A DNA stretch of 63,247 nucleotides, filler included, from Octopus bimaculoides (GCF_001194135.2; 6 parts of 4 records of this genome joined end to end with filler, not necessarily neighbours in it), one strand, 5' to 3'. Counted from the first letter of the whole stretch, positions 12,776-25,715 are shown. The notes: generated from the letters alone by a model not told the origin. Translations and numbers: made by a program.

Positions 12776-12880
12776 ACCAATTATTTTTTAATTAAATAGG
12801 AATATACCAAAGGACTACTACTACTACTGAGTAAAATGATAATCAACTAAGCTTGATGATAATAATGACCCAAGTGTTCA

Positions 12881-13112
12881 TTAGCCTTTTTGATACCAAC
12901 CCTCCTGAGACAGTCCCTGGATTTATGTTACAAACTTCCTGCTCTAATGTGATCTAAATTTAAACCTTCCATCAAAATTTTGTGTTGATTTGTGTTTCAA
13001 ACATCAGCTTAATAATAAAGACAAAAGTTATTTAACTTAAAATTTTCATTGTTTTCAAAATTAAGCAGTTTATTTGTATGTTTCATGAGAAATATGGTAA
13101 CAAATAGGTTAG
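12881..13112. mobile_element. ~230-bp MITE with degenerate TTAA-CCC-type termini
   Basis: Ends ttagcctttttgatacc ... ggtaacaaataggttag are imperfect inverted repeats. Confidence 0.45.
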
Positions 13113-13361
13113 ACAGAGAGAGAGAGAGAGAGAGAGAAAGAGATGTATAATATTTATGTGTGTGGAAGATCTTCGAGAGTTTAGTACCAAAGTCTGGTTG
13201 TGAAAGCTCTGCAAATCATTAAACTGGATAACGGTGCCAAAAGCTATCATATCAATTCAAAGTTGTGACTAGAGTTGACAATTATATGAATCTCTTGCAC
13301 CCAGTCAGTGGTGTCACATCTATTAAGTTTTTCCGAATCCTCACACAACAATAAACTCAAT

Positions 13362-13635
13362 ATCCATCCATCCCTCTTCTCCCAATGACTATTCCTGGGA
13401 GGGCGGTCAGAGTAGAGTTCTCAGGCCCTCCTCCATAGACCCTATAAGAAAGAACCATCATTAGACTTTCTGGCTGGATTCCCAAGAGTGACCATCTGAG
13501 CCTATGAATATTATCCAACCATCTCGTTCTTGTTCTATCCCTAGGTCTCCTGCCAGTTGGCTAAGCTTGAAGAATCCAGCCTGCAATTCTTTCCTACAAG
13601 ATTCTTATCCAAGAGCATACAACCATTATAAACTC
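13362..13635 (-). mobile_element. RTE-clade LINE 3' end
   Basis: The reverse complement matches 21800-22043 (gaaagaattgca..attcttcaagc..ccaactgg..gataatat..ggaatccag) and ends in (GATG)n. Confidence 0.75.
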
Positions 13636-15289
13636 TATATTGTTTGAAAATAGCAACTAAAGGATTTTCAAGACCAGAACACTTAAGTACTTAGATTTCT
13701 TTAGATTATTTTCATGCCGATACATACTGTACATCCAAGTGAGAATTAACAGACATAAAAAAAAAAAAGATGAATTGATGATGGTGAACTTTCACTGCAG
13801 TGAATTGATAACGGTGAGCTTACTGAACATGTGGCAATATCCTATGTGTATTTAACATGTAGACTGTTCACCTGACCTATTTTCTCTCCAGCTTTATTGT
13901 TGTTGTTTTACATGATCAATATCCTTATATTCCTGCTATTTTCATATAAAGTGGTCACTTCTAAGTCTTGTCAAGCCGAAGAAGTTCCATTGATGAGATC
14001 TAACAAGATTGAAACATGTCCTTTACTTTCATCAGTTGACTTTAAACGCAAGATCAATTCTTCCCACATCATTTTACAGAAAATTTTCATCAGCTGATAT
14101 CAATGAAGTTGTCTCCATTGCACACTATTTTTAGAATTTAAACATCATCTAGAGGGAGTATTACATATGTGAACAGATCAATCATCAAGGGCTTTCCAGC
14201 TGTGACTATCCCAACTTTTTGTAAATCCATGACTACATGATTCAAATTTATCTTTCCATTTTAAAGACAGCAGAATGTGATTTTTGACAGACTTGGTTGC
14301 TCTTTCTAGCAGTTCACAGAACAGCAACAACGTAAGCTTCCACACTGACTTGGATTTGTGTGTATATCATCACCAAAAGTGATGAAAAAAAGGGGTAAAA
14401 ATGATTTCTTTAGAAAGAGAGAGAAGAAACCTGTTGTTTAAGTTAATTGCAACTCCACAATATATTTCTTTCTTTCATTAATGTACTCAGTAACAGTCCA
14501 CAACCTTATAATCACTTCCATTCAATTTCAACCCCAAGGAATAAAAAAAGAATATTTAAAAATATCTAGGTTATGAAGTAAAACTGAACTGTTCCTCCCC
14601 ATCACTGATATATTAGCTATGGACTCGGAAAAAAAAGAAAATAAAAACCTACCAACTTGACATGGAAAACATTCAATTTTAAAATAATATATATGTATTT
14701 TGAAAATTTTCTAAAATATTTATTTTCATTTATTAAAAAAAAATTTAAAAACAATAACGCACACACACACTAAAAAAAAACAACACTATGACAGATTAGC
14801 TGTGTATTAGATCAGCAGGGTGTCAGGAAATCTAGCAAGTGCATTTTTGAACAAGTAACAGTGCAGTCGTCAATTTCCTGTGCAGCTAACTTCTAGAATC
14901 TTCTGTTGCATGCAAATATCGGTTGATTTGTCAATTTTTCCTCCTCTTCCTCCTTCATCTTTCTAGTTTTCTATAACAGTTTTATAAACCATTAAACTCG
15001 GCTTTCCTTACAAAATACTATTCAATAGCAAAAAAGATAATGATAGCGACGACAATAACAGCTATTTCGTAAATTCCTCATCGGGTTCCATAATCCATGG
15101 AAAATGTCAGAAGAGAGTATGAAGACTGTTTGAACAAGCAAATGGAATCTAGTTTGGATACGACTGTAAAATACCAAGAAGAGTTACTCTCGTCTTCAGT
15201 TGAAAGGCCAAAAGAATAAGCAAATGTATTCAACCACCAACACTAAGCAGTTGTTCCTGGTATAAGCACTAATAACATGCTGAGTCAGC

Positions 15290-15508
15290 AAAAAGCAACA
15301 AGCTGGCAGAAATCATTAGAACGTCAGGCAAAGTGCTTAGCAGCATTTTGTCTGTTTTTATGTTCTGAGTTCAAATTCCACCAAGTTCAATTTTGCCCCT
15401 CATCCTTTCGAGGGTGATAAAATAAATATCAGTTGAGCACAGGGGTCGATGTAATCAACTTACCCCTTCTACCAAAATTGCTGGCCTTGTGCAAAAATTT
15501 GAAACCAA
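15290..15508 (+). mobile_element. SINE family A, degenerate, followed by a second head at 15527-15560
   Basis: gctggcagaaatcattag..tgttctgagttcaaattccac..ggggtcgatgtaatc..ctggccttgtgcaaaaatttgaaacc. Confidence 0.75.
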
Positions 15509-15616
15509 AATGTTGAGCCAGCAAAAGGCAGTGAGCTGGCAGAATCATTAGCACGTTGAATCTATGGCTCTCAAGTATATATTCCTACATCTCATAAACT
15601 TGGCTATCTGACAAGT

Positions 15617-15960
15617 CATCATCATCATCATCGTTTAACGTCCACTTTCCATGCTAGCATGGGTTGGACGATTTGACTGAGGACTGGTGAAACCAGATGG
15701 CAACACCAGACTCCAATCTGATTTGGTAGAGTTTCTACAGCTGGATGCCCTTCCTAACACCAACCACTCAGAGAGTGTAATGGGTGCTTTTACGTGCCAC
15801 CGGCACGAAGGCCAGTCAGGCGGTACTGGCAACGGCCACGCTCAAAATGGTGTATTTTATGTGCCACCTGCACAAGAGCCAGTCCAGGGGCACTGGCAAT
15901 GATCTCGCTCGAAAGTCCTTACACATGCCACGGGCACAAGTACCAGAAAGGCGTCGCTGT
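15617..15960 (-). mobile_element. Retroposon 3' end with (ATG)n tail, probably RTE-type
   Basis: Minus strand ends ...gcatggaaagtggacgttaaacgatgatgatgatgatg; the GC-richer body contrasts with the flanks. Confidence 0.55.
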
Positions 15961-16794
15961 AAGGATTATATAATCAAATACCACCAGGACTATGCTGTCC
16001 AGGGTGTACTTCCTCTTAAGAAGATAACATGTGATTTTGGAAGAAGATGTTATCACTATTTCTAGTAGCTCATGTGACATAAAATGACCTTCTCGCTGAC
16101 AAAAATGGTTGTTGTTTTGCCTAAAGTTGGCCTTGATTGAGCAAATTTATAATCAAAGGCATTCAAACCATGACCATCTTGTTTGCTATCCAGCAGAGTG
16201 TACCTTGGACTATATCATCTAATGTGTCCGGTTTTCTTTTTTAAAATAGCAAAGTATGATTTGAAGGAGATTTGGATGGTCTTTTTAGCAGACCGAGGAA
16301 CCATTTACGGGCTCCCCTGGCACATCTGGGATAAATGGTAAACGCCATAATGACAGGCACATGCAACTTATAGTGTGCATACTCAAGGTGGAATGTATTA
16401 AAAGACTTTGACACAGCAGGTCTCTTAAAATATTCACAAATGTTTAAACAGCTGCTCTGAACTATATACATATATTTTTTTATCTGTAAACAATTTTTTT
16501 CTTATTAAAAAATATATATGTTATGGCATATATTTTTAGTCTGTGTTATACTTCTGTAATAGTGGAAGAAATATACTAAATAAGCCACAACAACTCTTTT
16601 ATCCACCCTAAGAGTTCAGTATTGCTGTTACTATTATCATCATCATTAATATTATTATAATTCATATACTTTTCCTTTCCCATTTCTAGTAATTATTAAC
16701 ATGGTTGAAACCCTACCATATAATTATCTCTCCAACACAGACTTCTAAGAAAATTTACAAAACTTAAGTATAATAAGAAAAATAACTACAATAA

Positions 16795-17260
16795 TAATTG
16801 TTTCAAATTTTAGCATTACACCAGCAATTTTTAGGGGAGGGAGCAAACCAAATACACTGACACCAGAACTTCACTGGTACTTAATTTTATTGACTCTGGA
16901 AGGAGGAAAAGCAAATCTGACTTCAGGAGGATTTGAACCCAGAACATAAAGAGCCAGAAAAAATGCCACTCATTGTTTTGTCCGACACAGTAATGATTCT
17001 GCTAGCTCGCTGCCTTTCTAATAATAATCCTTTCTATTATAGGCACAAGGTCTGAAATGTTGGGCGAGGGGGCTAGTTGATTGCATTGACCCAAATGTTC
17101 AACTGGTATTTATTTTATTGATTCAGAAAGGATGAATGACAAAGTTCACCTTGGCAGAATTTCAATATAGAATGTAAAGAAGGATTAAATACCACTAAGC
17201 ATTTTGCCCAGTGAGCTAACGATTCTGCCAGCTAATAGTAGTAATAATGATAACAATAAC

Positions 17261-17293
<33 letters not shown>

Positions 17294-17465
17294 CCTTTCT
17301 ACTTAAGGCATAAGGCCTGGAATTTTGGAGGAGGGGGAGAAGTCAATTACGTTGATCCCAGTATTTCCCTGGTACTAAATTTATCGACCCCAAAAGGATG
17401 AAAGACAAAGTTGACTTTGATGGAAATTGAACTCAGAGTGTAGCGGCAGACAAAATACTGTGCCT
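16795..17465 (-). mobile_element. Three head-to-tail SINE A copies
   Basis: Copies at about 16795-17015, 17022-17233 and 17288-17465, each with a (g)aatt(t)gaac..agaa/agag core, separated by (TAA)n. Confidence 0.75.
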
Positions 17466-17662
17466 TAATAATAATAATAATGAACTGAAAATGTAATCCC
17501 CATATTACTGTGTGTATTGGGAAAAAAATTTTTTAAATGACTTAGAGAAATACGTAACCCAAACCTCATGTCTTACATTTAAACAGAGAAAATAGTGCTA
17601 CTAGACACTGCGTACATACAAAGAATACAATATTAGGTGCCAGACACACACACAAAAATGCT

Positions 17663-17708
<46 letters not shown>

Positions 17709-18707
17709 GAGAGAGAGATACAATACAAGATACTGCACATACTTATCTAGAATACAAAAGAGAAAAAAATTGCATAAGACAAAATAAAAAAAACAAAAAC
17801 AAAACATTGCACCTACCCAATGCACATAATAAATAATAATAAATAATAATAAAGGTTATCTCTGCTAGCTCTAAATACTGAAATTACCATGGAATGCAAG
17901 AGGTAATCTTTTAAATTATCATCAATTTACCAACACACGTTTTAGCCATAAGACCAATTTTGTTACAGAGAAGACAGATAATTGGCATAAACGGTCTTAC
18001 TATCTTCACAGATACCTATTTTATATTCTCCACCATTGCTAATACAAGTTGCAAAAATATATCCTACCAGCATTTGAACTCAGAACCTTGAAGCTTTGTG
18101 AAATNNNNNNNNNNNNNNNNNNNNNNNNNNNNNNNNNNNNNNNNNNNNNNNNNNNNNNNNNNNNNNNNNNNNNNNNNNNNNNNNNNNNNNNNNNNNNNNN
18201 NNNNNNNNNNNNNNNNNNNNNNNNNNNNNNNNNNNNNNNNNNNNNNNNNNNNNNNNNNNNNNNNNNNNNNNNNNNNNNNNNNNNNNNNNNNNNNNNNNNN
18301 NNNNNNNNNNNNNNNNNNNNNNNNNNNNNNNNNNNNNNNNNNNNNNNNNNNNNNNNNNNNNNNNNNNNNNNNNNNNNNNNNNNNNNNNNNNNNNNNNNNN
18401 NNNNNNNNNNNNNNNNNNNNNNNNNNNNNNNNNNNNNNNNNNNNNNNNNNNNNNNNNNNNNNNNNNNNNNNNNNNNNNNNNNNNNNNNNNNNNNNNNNNN
18501 NNNNNNNNNNNNNNNNNNNNNNNNNNNNNNNNNNNNNNNNNNNNNNNNNNNNNNNNNNNNNNNNNNNNNNNNNNNNNNNNNNNNNNNNNNNNNNNNNNNN
18601 NNNNNNNNNNNNNNNNNNNNNNNCTCATATACAACTACATCTTGGGTGGTACTGCCCTGCTGTTGAAACCATAATAAAATCCATTCGGTAGCCAAAGATG
18701 GGATGTA

Positions 18708-19103
18708 TATTCTTTTATTCTTTTACTTGCTTCAGTCATTTGACTGCAGCCATGCTGGAGCACCACCTCTAGTCGAATAAATTGACCCCCAGGACATATT
18801 CTTTGTAAGCCTAGTACTTATTCTATTGGTCTCTCTTGCCAAACTGCTAAGTTACGGGGACTTAAACACACCAGCATCAGTTGTCAAGCAATGTTGGGGG
18901 GACAAACACAGACACACGCATATATGTGTGTGTGTGTATATATGACAGGCTTCTTTCAGTTTCCTACTACTAAATCCACTCACAAGGCTTTGGTTGGCAC
19001 GAGGCTATAGTAAAAGACACTTGCCCAAGGTGCGACGCAGTGGGACTGAACCCAGGACCATGTGGTTGGTAAGCAAGCTACTTACCACGCAGCCACTATG
19101 TAC
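18708..19103 (-). mobile_element. tRNA-derived SINE, family B (CORE-like segment), full length
   Basis: Reverse complement aligns with 51640-52052: tggctgcgtggtaagtagcttgcttacc..gttcagtccc..caccttgggcaagtgtct..internal (TG)n..ccagcatggctgcagtcaaatgactgaagc tail. Confidence 0.85.
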
Positions 19104-19697
19104 CTGCTTGTTTTTGATTGCGAGCCTTCTGCATCTTGTGTTCTTGTGGTTCTAAAGTGTCCATTGAAATTCTAATTTTTGCTGTTAAACTTGTTCTTGG
19201 CTTATGATAGCTATGTGATATATCTTATACCATACATTGAAATTGTCTGACCTTCTTTCATTGAGGTTCTAATTGTTGTAAGGGTTATACTTCTTTAGGG
19301 GTTTGTGGTTTATGGAAATTTTGTTGCATATACAGGTATGCCTATCATTTCCAATTCTTTTTCTCCCACTAGTTTTACTTCTCGATAAAGAGTATATAAC
19401 CCAAAATATTAGCTACACTTCTATTCCTTTCATTTGTGTATTCCAATTATACACACTCTTTGTTACCGTTTTAAGGTCGCTAATTCTTCATCAGTTATCA
19501 ACCAGATGGTATTACTCAAACTGAAGCAGAATAAGAGGCCTTCTGTGTCTGTTTTCCGTCTGTTTGTGCACTCAGTATACATTTCTTTCTGTTCACCTGT
19601 ACATTCATTAAATGTTTTTAACTTTGTATTAGTGCATTTATTATACACTTTTTCACTTAAGTTACAGAACACAGCTCACCTGGTTTTTATCAACAGT

Positions 19698-19730
<33 letters not shown>

Positions 19731-20693
19731 AATAATATTATTAGGGATAAAAATCCAAATTTACAGGTAAAAACTCAATTAAATTCAATTTATNNNNNNN
19801 NNNNNNNNNNNNNNNNNNNNNNNNNNNNNNNNNNNNNNNNNNNNNNNNNNNNNNNNNNNNNNNNNNNNNNNNNNNNNNNNNNNNNNNNNNNNNNNNNNNN
19901 NNNNNNNNNNNNNNNNNNNNNNNNNNNNNNNNNNNNNNNNNNNNNNNNNNNNNNNNNNNNNNNNNNNNNNNNNNNNNNNNNNNNNNNNNNNNNNNNNNNN
20001 NNNNNNNNNNNNNNNNNNNNNNNNNNNNNNNNNNNNNNNNNNNNNNNNNNNNNNNNNNNNNNNNNNNNNNNNNNNNNNNNNNNNNNNNNNNNNNNNNNNN
20101 NNNNNNNNNNNNNNNNNNNNNNNNNNNNNNNNNNNNNNNNNNNNNNNNNNNNNNNNNNNNNNNNNNNNNNNNNNNNNNNNNNNNNNNNNNNNNNNNNNNN
20201 NNTATATATATATATATAGGGAGAGATATACACCTACATGTGTGTGTGTACGTACATACACACATACACCAAGACACTATGTAGGAGTAAATTGTCCTTA
20301 CATACAAACCTAGATACACATCCATGAACATATCCTATAAGCGCTATATAGATACACAAACATAGCATACACACATGCATAATTACCCAGATGGCACATG
20401 AAAGGATGGTGTAGTCGAGTATGGAAAGAGAGTGGAAGTGGTAAAGCAGTATCATAGGAAGTCAAGGCATTCATTAATGCTCTGTCGAAACAGAGGTTCC
20501 TGTATTGAAATTGAGACACTTTCTTGTGACTGCAGTCGTAAGATGAATCATAGTGCAGGCACACAAAAATACCATAGATGAAGAGCTTATGAGTGGAGTG
20601 GCTATACAATCTGAAGTGACAATATCATCAGCCACCCAACATGTCTTACTATATTAACCACTGAATCATATGAACTAGATCAGATGTAGTATC

Positions 20694-20760
20694 TGGCCTA
20701 ATTAATATAAGATATAATATATGGCCTAATTAATATAAGATATAATATATGGCCTAATTA
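20694..20760. repeat. 28-bp tandem repeat, ~2.3 copies
   Basis: ggcctaattaatataagatataatatat starts at 20695, 20723 and 20751. Confidence 0.9.
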
Positions 20761-20997
20761 AAAGAGCTCAAAATAAGAGTTTTCAAACAAAAACAAACTT
20801 TATGGTTAACTGATTACATTCAGAAAGATCATCCTATTATATTATTACATTTTGAACGATCATCCTATTCAGAAGGAAAAAAAAAAAAATTCAGTGTAGA
20901 CTGTTTGCTTACACTGTAATGTATTGTATTGTATGTGATTAAAACACTAGCAGGATTATCTAGGTTATTACAGGGGTGTCTGGAGAGTTTTAGTAAT

Positions 20998-21555
20998 AAT
21001 GGTTTCAAATTTTGCCACAAGGGCAGCAATCTTGGGGGAGGGGAGGTGTCAATTACATCGACTTATTTCATTGACCCTGAAAAGATGGAAGGTAAAGTCA
21101 ACCTCGGCGAAATTTGAACTCAGAACATAGCAGTGGGTGAAATACCAATTTCTTTATTGCCCACAGGGGGCTAAATATAGAATGGTACAAAACAACTGAT
21201 TGGGATCAGTAATGCGAATGGTTTACATAAAATATGACTTTAAAAATTATATAAAATATAAAAAAGTCAAATGATATTAACAGTACGTTAGACAACACAA
21301 ATGAAGCGATGATCAGGCCATGCTCCGACCCCACAAGCCCCAATCGATCGCTGGCACCTTTTTTGTTTTCCTTTTTTTCCCCCGTCTATTCACACAGTTC
21401 CTTGCACACACAACACTCGTGCAACATGCTTCAATCTCTTTTGGAATGTACACTCCAACAGACATCTCCTCTCCAGCTACACTTTCCTTTTCAAATGGGT
21501 GAAATACCATTAAGCATTTCATCCAACGTGCTAAAGATTTTGTGAGTTTGCTGCC
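20998..21555 (-). mobile_element. SINE A split into two parts by an insertion
   Basis: 3' part at 20998-21147 and 5' head at 21496-21555; tgggtgaaatacca is duplicated at 21134-21147 and 21496-21509. Confidence 0.75.
21148..21495 (-). mobile_element. 5'-truncated LINE 3' end, probably Tx1/L1 clade
   Basis: Minus strand reads LKRKV*LERRCLLECTFQKRLKHVARVLCVQGTV*, then a UTR ending tttagccccctgtgggcaataaagaaat; flanked by a 14-bp TSD. The clade call rests on a short peptide. Confidence 0.55.
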
Positions 21556-21699
21556 TTAGTAGTAATAATAAAAAAGAAAGAGCCAAACTTGTCTTCAATC
21601 TGGGTTTCTTGCCTAGCCCTCACCTATAGTCATGAATGTTGGATTAGGACAATGATTGTGAAGATAAGCTACTAAAATGGGGTTAATCTGAAGGATCTT

Positions 21700-22043
21700 T
21701 GGAGTAATGTTACTCAACAGGGTGCATAGCTCAGAGATCAGGGTATCTCTGCAGGTCAAGCCACTACTTCTCTGTATTGAGTGGATACACATATGGTGTT
21801 ATGGACACAGGATTAGAATGTCACAGGAAAGAATTGCAAGAGAGATTCTTCAAGCCAAGCCAACTGGTATGAGACATATGGGTAGATCAAAACTGAGATG
21901 GCCGGATAATATCTATAGACTCAGTTGGTCCCACTTGGGGGAATCCAGTTGGAAAGTCTCATGACAGTTGCTTCTGATAGGACTCTTTGGAGGAGGTGCT
22001 TTAGGATTCTACCCACCAAGCAGAGAAAATGGATGGATGGGAT
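21700..22043 (+). mobile_element. RTE-clade LINE 3' end
   Basis: VHSSEIRVSLQVKPLLLCIE..WCYGHRIRMSQERIAREILQAKPTGMRHMGRSKLRWPDNI resembles the RTE C-terminus (WxGHVxRM..RxRGRPxxRW); (GATG)n tail. Confidence 0.8.
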
Positions 22044-22465
22044 ACACAGGTCTTGTGACAGTTTCTAAAGAAATGTTCTACTGTCAGCCTACAAAGACAA
22101 CGTTTTAGAGATTCCAACAAAGGACCAAGACACATACAAAACTTTGTAGACAACAACTGGCTGTTTGGCAACATCTGATGGGATAATATTTCAAATACAA
22201 GGACCTCTATGTCAGAGTCTGAAAATTCATGAATTTTCTTGGGAAATATTCAGCAGTGGTTTCCTGCTGCCTTCTGCTATTTAATTTACAAGTTACACAA
22301 CTAGTCTCTTCCTCTTCATAGCTTACCCTTGAGGTACTGAACTTAATAACCCTAAGGCAGTGAGTAGGACTGGTTCACCTGACAACAGAACATGTCCATA
22401 CATTGATGAACCTGGTGTGATATGTCTAGGGGCCAGCCATCCTTCAGTTCCTATATACCTTAGCT

Positions 22466-23860
22466 CAGGCATGGCCAGATCTGGCTCACAAAGCTTTTTT
22501 TCTGGCCTGCGGAGACCTGTAGCAGTACGGCTGTGAAGTGGTTAATTTTCTAGTCTGGCCGACTTGTAGAGTAAATAGGCAAAAACGAAACAAGCTTTTG
22601 TGGAAAATTCAGCAAAAATTCTAGGAAAGGTGAAAGGACTAAATTTGTAGAATCAAAATAAAGAAAGTGAAACTGATGTTTCCTCGAAAAAGAGACAGGA
22701 AACATCAGTAATAAAATGAAACTAATTGTAAGCCCTACTAAGGTTATCTTTTCTTGACACTAGAAAATGATCAACATGTCATTCCCACACTCACTCAAAA
22801 AATTCTCTTAAAACTAAGAACCAGTTTAGCAAACAACCAATTTACTAACTAAAGATATTTCAAGCCTATTAATTTGCTAATATGCAAAGGCCAGAAATAA
22901 CTCTGCTCAAATGCATTTATCCAAACAACTATCAAGAATATCAGCCATACACAACATACCGCTTCATTCTTATTCCTCTGATCAAGTATGTATTTTCCTT
23001 ATATAAAGTTTATATTTCACACCCCAACATATGCTCTGTTATTTATCACCACCATCTATATTTTTCCCTTGAATTATCCAATCCTAAAATGCCGTCATCA
23101 AAAAAAGTGAAAAGTGGATAACGAATCCCAAGTGTACCAAGAAAAGTGGACCAATGATTATTTTTCCATACAAATCAAAAACAAACCAGTGTGTTTACTC
23201 TGCTCAGAATCAGTTTCTGTCATAAAAGAATATAATGTGAAAAGACACTACATCTCCAAACACTCATCTCATTATGAAAGTTTTCAAGGTCAACGTAGGA
23301 AAGAAAAAGTTGAAAATTTAATAAAAGATTTGAAAGAGCAGCAGACAATTTTTGTCAACAGACGTGAAGATACCGAAAATATTATTCGTGCTAGTTATAT
23401 CATTAGCCCAAAAATTGCAAAACATTCGAAAAATTATTCCGATGGTAAATTTGTAAAAGAATGCCTACAAGCAGTAGCTGAAATTTTTTGTTCAGATTTA
23501 AAAAAAAAGAAATTGATAATATTAGTTTGTCTCATAGAATTGTAACAAAATGGATTGATGAACTTGCAACTAATGTAGAATTAGGCTTGAAAAGACTTTC
23601 TTTACAGTTTAAATATTTTCCTTAGCTATTGATGAGAGCACTGATGTGTCAAATACAGGCCAACTTGTAGCTTTTGTACATGGAATTGATAAAGATTTAA
23701 ATATCACAGAAGAAATGCTTGGTCTTTGAGGAATGAAAGATACGACCTTTGGGGAAGATATTTTTCAAGAATTGAAAATTTTAGTGGCCAGATTTAATCT
23801 ACATTTCAAAAACCTTCATGGTTTATCAACAGATGGTGCTCCTGCTATGGTTGAATGAAA
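22466..23860 (+). mobile_element. hAT transposon (Charlie/SPIN/GTF2IRD2-like) left end plus truncated transposase
   Basis: From ATG 23089: QEKWTNDYF..KPVCLLCSESVSVIKEYNVKRHY..KH (BED-like zinc finger), FSLAIDESTDVSNTGQL and LSTDGAPAMV (two catalytic Asp). Candidate TIR caggcatggccaga at 22466. Frameshifts and stops are present. Confidence 0.85.
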
Positions 23861-23894
23861 TCTACTAAACCCAAAGCAAGATCAAGAATAACTG

Positions 23895-24245
23895 ATAATG
23901 ATTCTGGGTTCAGTCCCAATGCATGGCACCTTGTACAAATGTCTTCTACTAAAGCCTCAGGCTAATCAAAGCCTTGTGAGTGGATTTGGTAGATGGAAAC
24001 TGAAAGAAGCCTATCATAGGTGTGTGTGTGTGTGTGTCTGTCTCTCTCCCCAACACACACTTGACAACTAGTGCAGGTGTGTTTATGTTCCTGTAACTTA
24101 GCAATTTGGCAAAAGAAACAGACAGAATAAGTACCAGGCTTTAAAAAAAAAATTGTTACTGGAGTCAATTCATTTGACTAAAAATTCTTCAAGGAAGTGC
24201 CTCAGCATGGCCACAGTCTAATGACTGAAACAAATAAAAAAGATA
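23895..24245 (+). mobile_element. SINE B, degenerate
   Basis: ctgggttcagtccc..caaagccttgtgagtggatttggtag..cagcatggccacagtctaatgactgaaac. Confidence 0.75.
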
Positions 24246-24317
24246 TATATNNNNNNNNNNNNNNNNNNNNNNNNNNNNNNNNNNNNNNNNNNNNNNNNNN
24301 NNNNNNNNNNNNNNNNN

Positions 24318-24350
<33 letters not shown>

Positions 24351-24352
<2 letters not shown>

Positions 24353-24505
24353 CATAGGCTTTTGTGGCTTTCATCAACAAAATTTTACTCACAAAATATT
24401 GATTAATCCAAAGCTAGAGATGGGGACACTTGCACAAGGTCCCATAGTGGAATTGAACTTACAACCATGTCGTAAAATGAACCAGTAACCACACAGCTAT
24501 GTCTG
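24351..24505 (-). mobile_element. SINE B 5' half, degenerate
   Basis: gacacttgcacaaggt..gtggaattgaac..accacacagct resembles the reverse complement of the SINE B head. Confidence 0.55.
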
Positions 24506-25486
24506 TAAGAATTAGAGAAGAAAAGAAAGTAAAGTAAGTACGGAATGCCTACCTTATTTTATTGGAGCAGTATTTCACCGGTTGGGAAGTATTAATATAT
24601 ACAACACGCTGGTTTGTGGGCTCAACTTCTTCCGTTGTTTCTGACTCTGGTACATCGTGCATGGATTGATATGCTGAAAGATAAATGTAAAGAAAAAGGT
24701 CACTCTAAGAATAAAGAAAATATCTTTCTTTCTTTCAAACTAGGCACAAGGCCAATTTTATATAAAATTATTTATTACTCTTTGCACACCGGTCAACAAA
24801 GGGATAAGCAGAACTATGAGTAAAATCCATCTCAGCTATGATCAGGAGTCTATACTCTAATCACTGGACTACATGCCTTCATATACAGAACCAGTGTCGA
24901 ATTAACCCTTTCAGTTTAAGGCTGAAGGGTATGGTATGAGAGAAAAGGAGAGGGAGAGAGAATGAGAGTGAAAGAGGGAAGGAAAGAGTTGGCTACTATA
25001 GCTAACAGGATGAGCAGCCACAGAGAAGCTTTCTCACTGGCCAATAGGTTAATTTTTGTCGAGGTATAAGTAGGACAGTATTACATATATCGCAGTTGGT
25101 ACTAAAGAAAGGAGTATAAGAACATCAAAAAATATCTCAACTAAATTACTACACGTACACCAGCTTGAGGCAGCAGCAGATCCTGTATGTGGTTACTCAA
25201 CCTATTAAAAACAGCAGCCAAGTTTCCCCTAAATTATACCTTAATACTTAAAAAAAGATGATAGCTAAGACTGCATTAATATTAAATGCCTGCATATAGT
25301 ATTAGATGTGTGAAAACAAAGTGAGATGGTCATCTTTGAAACACTTGATCACAAGTTGGTTCAATCGGAGCTGACCGAGATAAGCAGCAATAATTGTTGC
25401 AACTCCTCGTATAGCTAAACTATTTTGTAGGAAGAGTGCAGTTCGTCATGGTGGGGGTAACTAATTGCGAACCACTCACTCAACAG

Positions 25487-25715
25487 TAACCCCTTGGCAT
25501 TAAAACCGGCCATATTTGGTTCAAATATTCTACCTTGCTTTATGTTCAAATTGACCAGATCTGGCCTCTCACACCTACCCTACAATGTCATTCTAGAAAT
25601 ACACAATCACACCATCAAAATCTCAAAGCTACAAGATGATGCATGATTAATTCAAAACAATGTGAATAAATAAGCATTACATTTGACAGAGTAATGTGAA
25701 TGCTAAAAAGATTAA
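25487..25715. mobile_element. ~230-bp MITE with (T)TAACCC...TTAA-type inverted ends (piggyBac-like termini)
   Basis: taaccccttggcatt at the left end and aatgctaaaaagattaa at the right end are imperfect inverted repeats. Confidence 0.55.

Noticed and set aside
19467-19520. Possible 54-nt minus-strand exon (LSNTIWLITDEELATLKR) with AG/GT boundaries
   Set aside because: Weak donor, no recognised homology and no partner exons; expected by chance in 63 kb.
20694-20760. CRISPR-like array
   Set aside because: Contiguous 28-bp units with no spacers, in eukaryotic DNA with no cas genes.
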